Of a stretch of 64,000 bases of DNA, positions 59,521 through 64,000 are shown one piece after another. A program made the translations under genes and the position numbers. Under the pieces are notes generated by a model. That model searched no databases. It saw only the letters and a program-made list of their open reading frames with translations, and was not told the origin of the DNA. The stretch is from assembly GCF_009834535.1 (NCBI RefSeq), contig NC_045697.1:40736001-40800000 (forward strand), written 5' to 3'. This DNA is from Camelus ferus (Eukaryota). Positions within the stretch are counted from its first letter, which is position 1. Each line of letters begins with the position of its first letter.

Positions 59521-60560
59521 TTTATTTTTTTTTTAATTGAAGTACAGTCAGTTACAATGTGTCAATCTCTGGTGTACAGAACAACGTCACAGTCATGCAT
59601 ATACATACATGTATTCATTTTCATATTTTTTCCATTAAAGGTTATTACAAGATATTGAGCGTAGTTCCCTGTGCTATACAAAAGAAACATTTTTTAAAAT
59701 CTATTTTTGTATATAGTGGCTAATATTTCTTAATCTCAAACCCCCACATTTATCCTTTCCCACCTCCTTTCCCCAGTAACCATACAATTGTTTACTAAGG
59801 CTGTGAGTGTGTTCCTGTTTTGTAGATGAGTTCACAGTGTCCTTTTTTTTTTTTTTAAGATTCCACGTATGAGTGATATCATGTATTTTTCTTTCTCTTT
59901 CTAGCCTACCTTAGAATGACAATCTCTAGGTCCATCCATGTTGCTGCAAATGGCATTATTTTATTCTTTTTATGGCTGAGTAGTACTCCATTGTATAAAT
60001 ATACCACAACTACTTTATCCAGTCATCTGTCGATGGACATTTAGGCTTTTTCCATGTCTTGGCTATTGTATATAGTGCTGCTTTGGACATTGGGATGTGT
60101 GTATCTTTTTGTGTTAAAGTTCCCTCTGGATGTATACCCAGAAGTGGGACCATATGGTAAGTCTATTTTTAGTTTCTTGAGGAATCTCCATACTGTTTGG
60201 TGCATGGCTGCACCAAACTACATTCCAACCAGCAGTGTAGGAGGGTTCCCTTTTCTCCAGACCCTCTCCAGCGTTTATCGTTGGTGGACTTTTGAATGAT
60301 GGCCATTCTGACTGGTGTGAGGTGATACCTCCTTGTAGTTTTTGATTTGCATTTCTCTGATAATTAGTGATATTGAGCATTTTTTCATATGTCTATTGGC
60401 CATTCACATGTCTTCATTGGAGAAATGCTTGGTTAGGTCTTCTGCCCATTTTTGGATTGGTTTTTTTTTGTTATTAAGCTGTATGAGCTGTTTATATATT
60501 CTGGAAATTAAGCCTTTGTTAGTCGCATCATTTGCAAATATTTTCTCCCATTCTGTTGAT
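59521..60560 (-). mobile_element. Lineage-specific L1 3' fragment
   Basis: Poly-T then TTAATTGAAGTACAGTCAGTTACAATGTG.., highly similar to 19741-20684 and 38156-39028. No TSD seen. Confidence 0.92.
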
Positions 60561-60569
60561 TGTGCTGAA

Positions 60570-60754
60570 CCAAACCAACCGTTTTTTTAAATTAAGTTTT
60601 ATTGGAACACAGCTACGCTCATTCACTTACAGTTGTCTATGATTGCTTTTGTGCTACAAGGGCAAAATTGAGTGTTTGTGATAGAGACCTTATGGCCTGC
60701 AAAGCCTGAAGTATTTACTATATGACCCTTTACTGACAAGATTTTTGACTCCTG
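60570..60754 (+). mobile_element. MER58-like element lacking its 5' end
   Basis: AAGTTTTATTGGAACACAGCTACGCTCATTC..TATGGCCTGCAAAGCCTGAAGTATTTACTAT..GACTCCTG. Confidence 0.85.
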
Positions 60755-60905
60755 GTTGAAGTATTTTTCTGTTTGCCCCACCTGTTCTTTGTTTATTCTG
60801 TATTAGAAATGTGAGCATAAAAGAGATGTTAGAGGAGCTTCTGGCTATTAGAATACCTACATGTGCTTTCCTCAGATAAAATTTTAGATCTGACCGAAGG
60901 TATCT

Positions 60906-61437
60906 GTATTGGTTTTCTACTGTGTTACAAACTACTGTATACTTAGCGGCTTAAAATACATTTATTTCACAGTTTCTGTGGATGAGGAATCTGGGCACAA
61001 CTTAGCTGTGTTCTCTGCACAAGATCTCACAAACACTGCAGTCTGGGTGTTGGCCAGTCTTTGTTATCATGTGGAGGCTTAACTATGAAAAAATCTACTT
61101 CCAAACTCATTTAGGTTGTTGGGAGAATTTCTTTGCAGCTGTGTGACTGAGGACCCTAACCTTTTACTGCCTCAGGCAGAGGCCTCCCTCAGGTCCTGGG
61201 ATTGCCTGTAATTCTCTGCTATATAGCGCTCTCCATGGCACTTGGCTTCCTCAAGACCTGCAGGAGAGCCTCTCATTCCAGTCTGCTCACAGTCTTATAT
61301 AATGTAACATAGTCAAGAGAGCGACACTTTCTCACCTTTCCATTTTCTGTTAGAAGAAAGTCACAGGTTCCTGTCACACTCAAGGGGATTATAGGAGGGC
61401 ATGGCTTAGTGGGAGTCACCATCATGTGTCCACCACA
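60906..61437 (-). mobile_element. MLT1E-like MaLR solo LTR
   Basis: TGTATTGGTTTTCTACTG..CTTAGCGGCTTAAAATACATTTATT..CACAGTTTCTGTGG..GGAATCTGGGCACAACTTAGCTG..AAGTCACAGGTTCCTG..CCACCACA. Confidence 0.85.
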
Positions 61438-64000
61438 TTAACTTTAAGAAGATATGAATAACCATAATTGATAATCTTTCATTGACCATTTTGTTTTCAA
61501 GCAGGTCTCTTGTAGACAACATATCATTGGATTATATGGTTTTTTTTCCTTCTGCCTATCTGTCTTTTGATTGGAGCATTTAATCTATTGATGTTTAATT
61601 ACTGATAAGGAAGCATTTATTTCTGTCATTGTGCTATTTGTTTTCTGTATGCATTATCACTTTATTTTGAGCCTCATTTCCTGCATTACTGTTGTCTTTA
61701 GTGTTTAGTTGATTTTTTTGTAGTGAAATGTTTAAGTTCCTGTCTTATTTTCTTATGTGTATATTCTATAGATATTTTCTTTGTGGTTTATCATGAGGAT
61801 TACATTTAACATTCTTAAGTTATAATACTCTAATTTGAATTTATAGTAGCTTAACTTTAATAACAGAAAAATTCTACTCCTTTACAGCTTCATCTCCACC
61901 CCTTTTCATTGTTTTTTTTTTTTTAATTGAAGTACAGTCAGTTATGTGTCAATTTCTGGTGTACAGCACAATGTTGCAATATTGCATATACATACATATA
62001 TTGGTTTTCATAGTCCTTTCAGTTGTTGATGTCACAAAATAACATCTTTATACATTTATACCCAAAAACATGAACTAAAAATTCTTTCAAATTATTTTAA
62101 AATTGTTCTTAAAATTAAAATTTTGTTTTATTTAAATTCTTCTTTCTTACTTAATTATTTTAAATTATACTCCTAAATTATGTAGGAAACAATATTTGGT
62201 GTTACAAACCAAAATTACAGCAATACTAGCTTTTACATTAATAATTTTTTAAAAATGTATTTGTCTCTTAAATACAAACAATAGAGTTACAACCATTGTT
62301 AACAATAATACTAGCTTTTGTAATTAAGCATGTATTTACTTTTATACCTATATGACTGAGTTATTGTCTAGTGTTCTTTCATTTTATCTTGTAGGACTTC
62401 CTTGAGTATTAATTGCAGGCCAGGTCTAGTGGTCATGAACTCCCTCAGCTTTAGTTTGTCTGGGAATGTCTTAATTTCTCCCTCACTTTTGGAGGACAGT
62501 TTTGTTGGATATAGATTCTTGGTTGACAGAGTTTATTTTTTAGTACTTTGAACTTACCTGCCCTTTGTCTTTTGGCCTCCAAATGAGAATTCTGCTGATA
62601 GTCCTATTGAGGGTCACCTGTATGAGCTGAATCACTTCTTGTTTTCAAGATTCTCTTTGGCTTTTGATTATAATGTGTCTTGGCATGGATCTCTTTGAGT
62701 TCATCTTTGTTTGGAGCTTCTTGGTTGTTTATGTCTTTCATCAAATTTGGGAAGTTTTCAACTGTTACTTTTTCACATATTCTCTCTGCCCTTTTCTCTC
62801 TCTCTTCTCCTTCTAGGGCTACCATGATATGTATGTTGGTCTGTTTATGGTAGCGTCCCATAGGCTCTGTTTATGTTTCTTCAGTCTTTCTATTCCTCAG
62901 ACTTGATACTTTTTGTTATTTTATCTTCAAGTTTGCTAACTCTTTCCTCCTACTCAAGTATGCCTTTGAATCCCTGTAATGAATTTTAATTTTAGTTATT
63001 GTACTTTTCAGTTCCAGAATCTCTTTATTGTTCTTTTTTAGGTTTTCTATTTCCTTATTTGATAATTCCATTCTGTTCACACAAATTACTTTTACCATGT
63101 GTTCCTTTAATTCTTTGAGCATCTTTAAGACAGTTGTTTTAGAGTCTCTGTCTACTATAAACACCATTACTTCTTTTTCAGAAATAATTTCTGTTGATTT
63201 ATTTTTCCCTTGAATAGGCCATACTTTCCTGCTTCATTGTATGCCTTGTGATTTTTTGTTGTTGTTGAACACAAGACGTTTGAATCTAATAATGTGGTAA
63301 CTCTGAAAATGAGATTCTCCCTCTTCCTTGAGGTTTGTTTTTTTAATTGTTTCTACCCTTTTTGATTGATATAGGCTTTCTCTGTGCTGAGAGTCAAACT
63401 GAGGTGTAAACTTAACGGACTTCTCAGGTCTTCTCAGGTCTTCTCTGAGCCTTTTCCTGGGCATACATGGTCACTTTTTCATTTTTCTTCTATATGCATT
63501 TGGTTTTTTATTGTCTCAGTCTTTAGTGTCTTGCTCCCAAAAGGGGAAAAAATGAAAATGAAGGTGTAAAGGGCACCAGCCATTTAAATCCTTGGGAAGT
63601 CACTTAAGATGAGGAGATGGGAGGCTTGCAACAATTGGGGGACGTATAGCAACAATGGCTGCCCACCTCTTTGCACCTCTGCGATCAGAAACAGTAGTCA
63701 GCAGTCAGAGGAGAGAGGCTTGATATTTGGTGGACACAGTCTTTCCTGCCTACTGTGGCTCCTGCAGACTCTGCGCAAGCTGCTTCAGGAACACATGCAC
63801 AGCTGCTAGCTACATGGCTGGGGGTGTAGGATGGGCAGCTGCTGCTGTACAAAGAGCTGAAATTGACCAAAATTAACTGTAATTTACCATTTAAGTTGTC
63901 TTCTGGAAGCTGTAAGCCTTTAGCAGATTCCAGAGTTCCAAGATAGTTATCAGACAGATTCTTGCCGATGCAGTTGTTGACTCGGTGGGGAGGCAGATTC

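Larger units (their letters stand above)
57385..64000 (-). mobile_element. Nested antisense L1 complex: old L1M host(s) including ORF1 and 5' region, with younger insertions
   Basis: EN-region peptide HYILIKGSIYQEDIIIL (57385-57475) and ORF1-like peptides NIHIMVALEGEEREKRAERICEKVTVENFPNLMKDIN and KTTVLKMLKELKE..EILELKSTITKIK (62600-63170). Also contains an L1MC-type 3' end at about 58945-59440 and a short L1 tail at about 61912-62015. Confidence 0.85.

Noticed and set aside
1..64000. CRISPR arrays, operons, or prokaryotic/viral defence systems
   Set aside because: The sequence is mammalian; I saw no regular repeat-spacer array, gene-dense segment or retroviral gag/pol/env region.

Overview
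This is mammalian genomic DNA, most likely camelid: it carries two tRNA-derived Vic-1-like SINEs and L1 3' ends of the type seen in alpaca/camel, and I saw no Alu, B1 or BovB/Bov-tA. About half or more of the window is interspersed repeat (L1, HAL1, L2, L3, MIR, MaLR/ERVL/ERV1 solo LTRs, hAT and Tigger fossils). Positions 1-44,200 look intergenic. A CpG-island promoter at about 44.25-45.4 kb has NRF1 and GC-box motifs and an ATG-less first exon with a donor at 44,658/9. It starts a + strand gene that I could not identify, and its first intron appears to run past the window end. The only recognisable protein-derived sequence outside transposons is a frameshifted ATP5MK (USMG5/DAPIT) processed pseudogene at 52,367-52,790, in sense orientation in that intron. 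I found no intact protein-coding exon and no evidence for a new multi-gene system. The most interesting signals are: (1) the ATP5MK retrocopy keeps a 3' splice site, strong Kozak, 49-codon ORF and poly(A) signal, so it could act as an alternative terminal exon; (2) an old inverted duplication of about 290 bp at 27.8/29.5 kb; (3) a TSD-flanked retrocopy of a non-coding RNA ending at an MLT1 poly(A) site; (4) several unusual L1 insertion structures. Repeat subfamily names come from remembered consensus sequences, and boundaries without TSDs are approximate.
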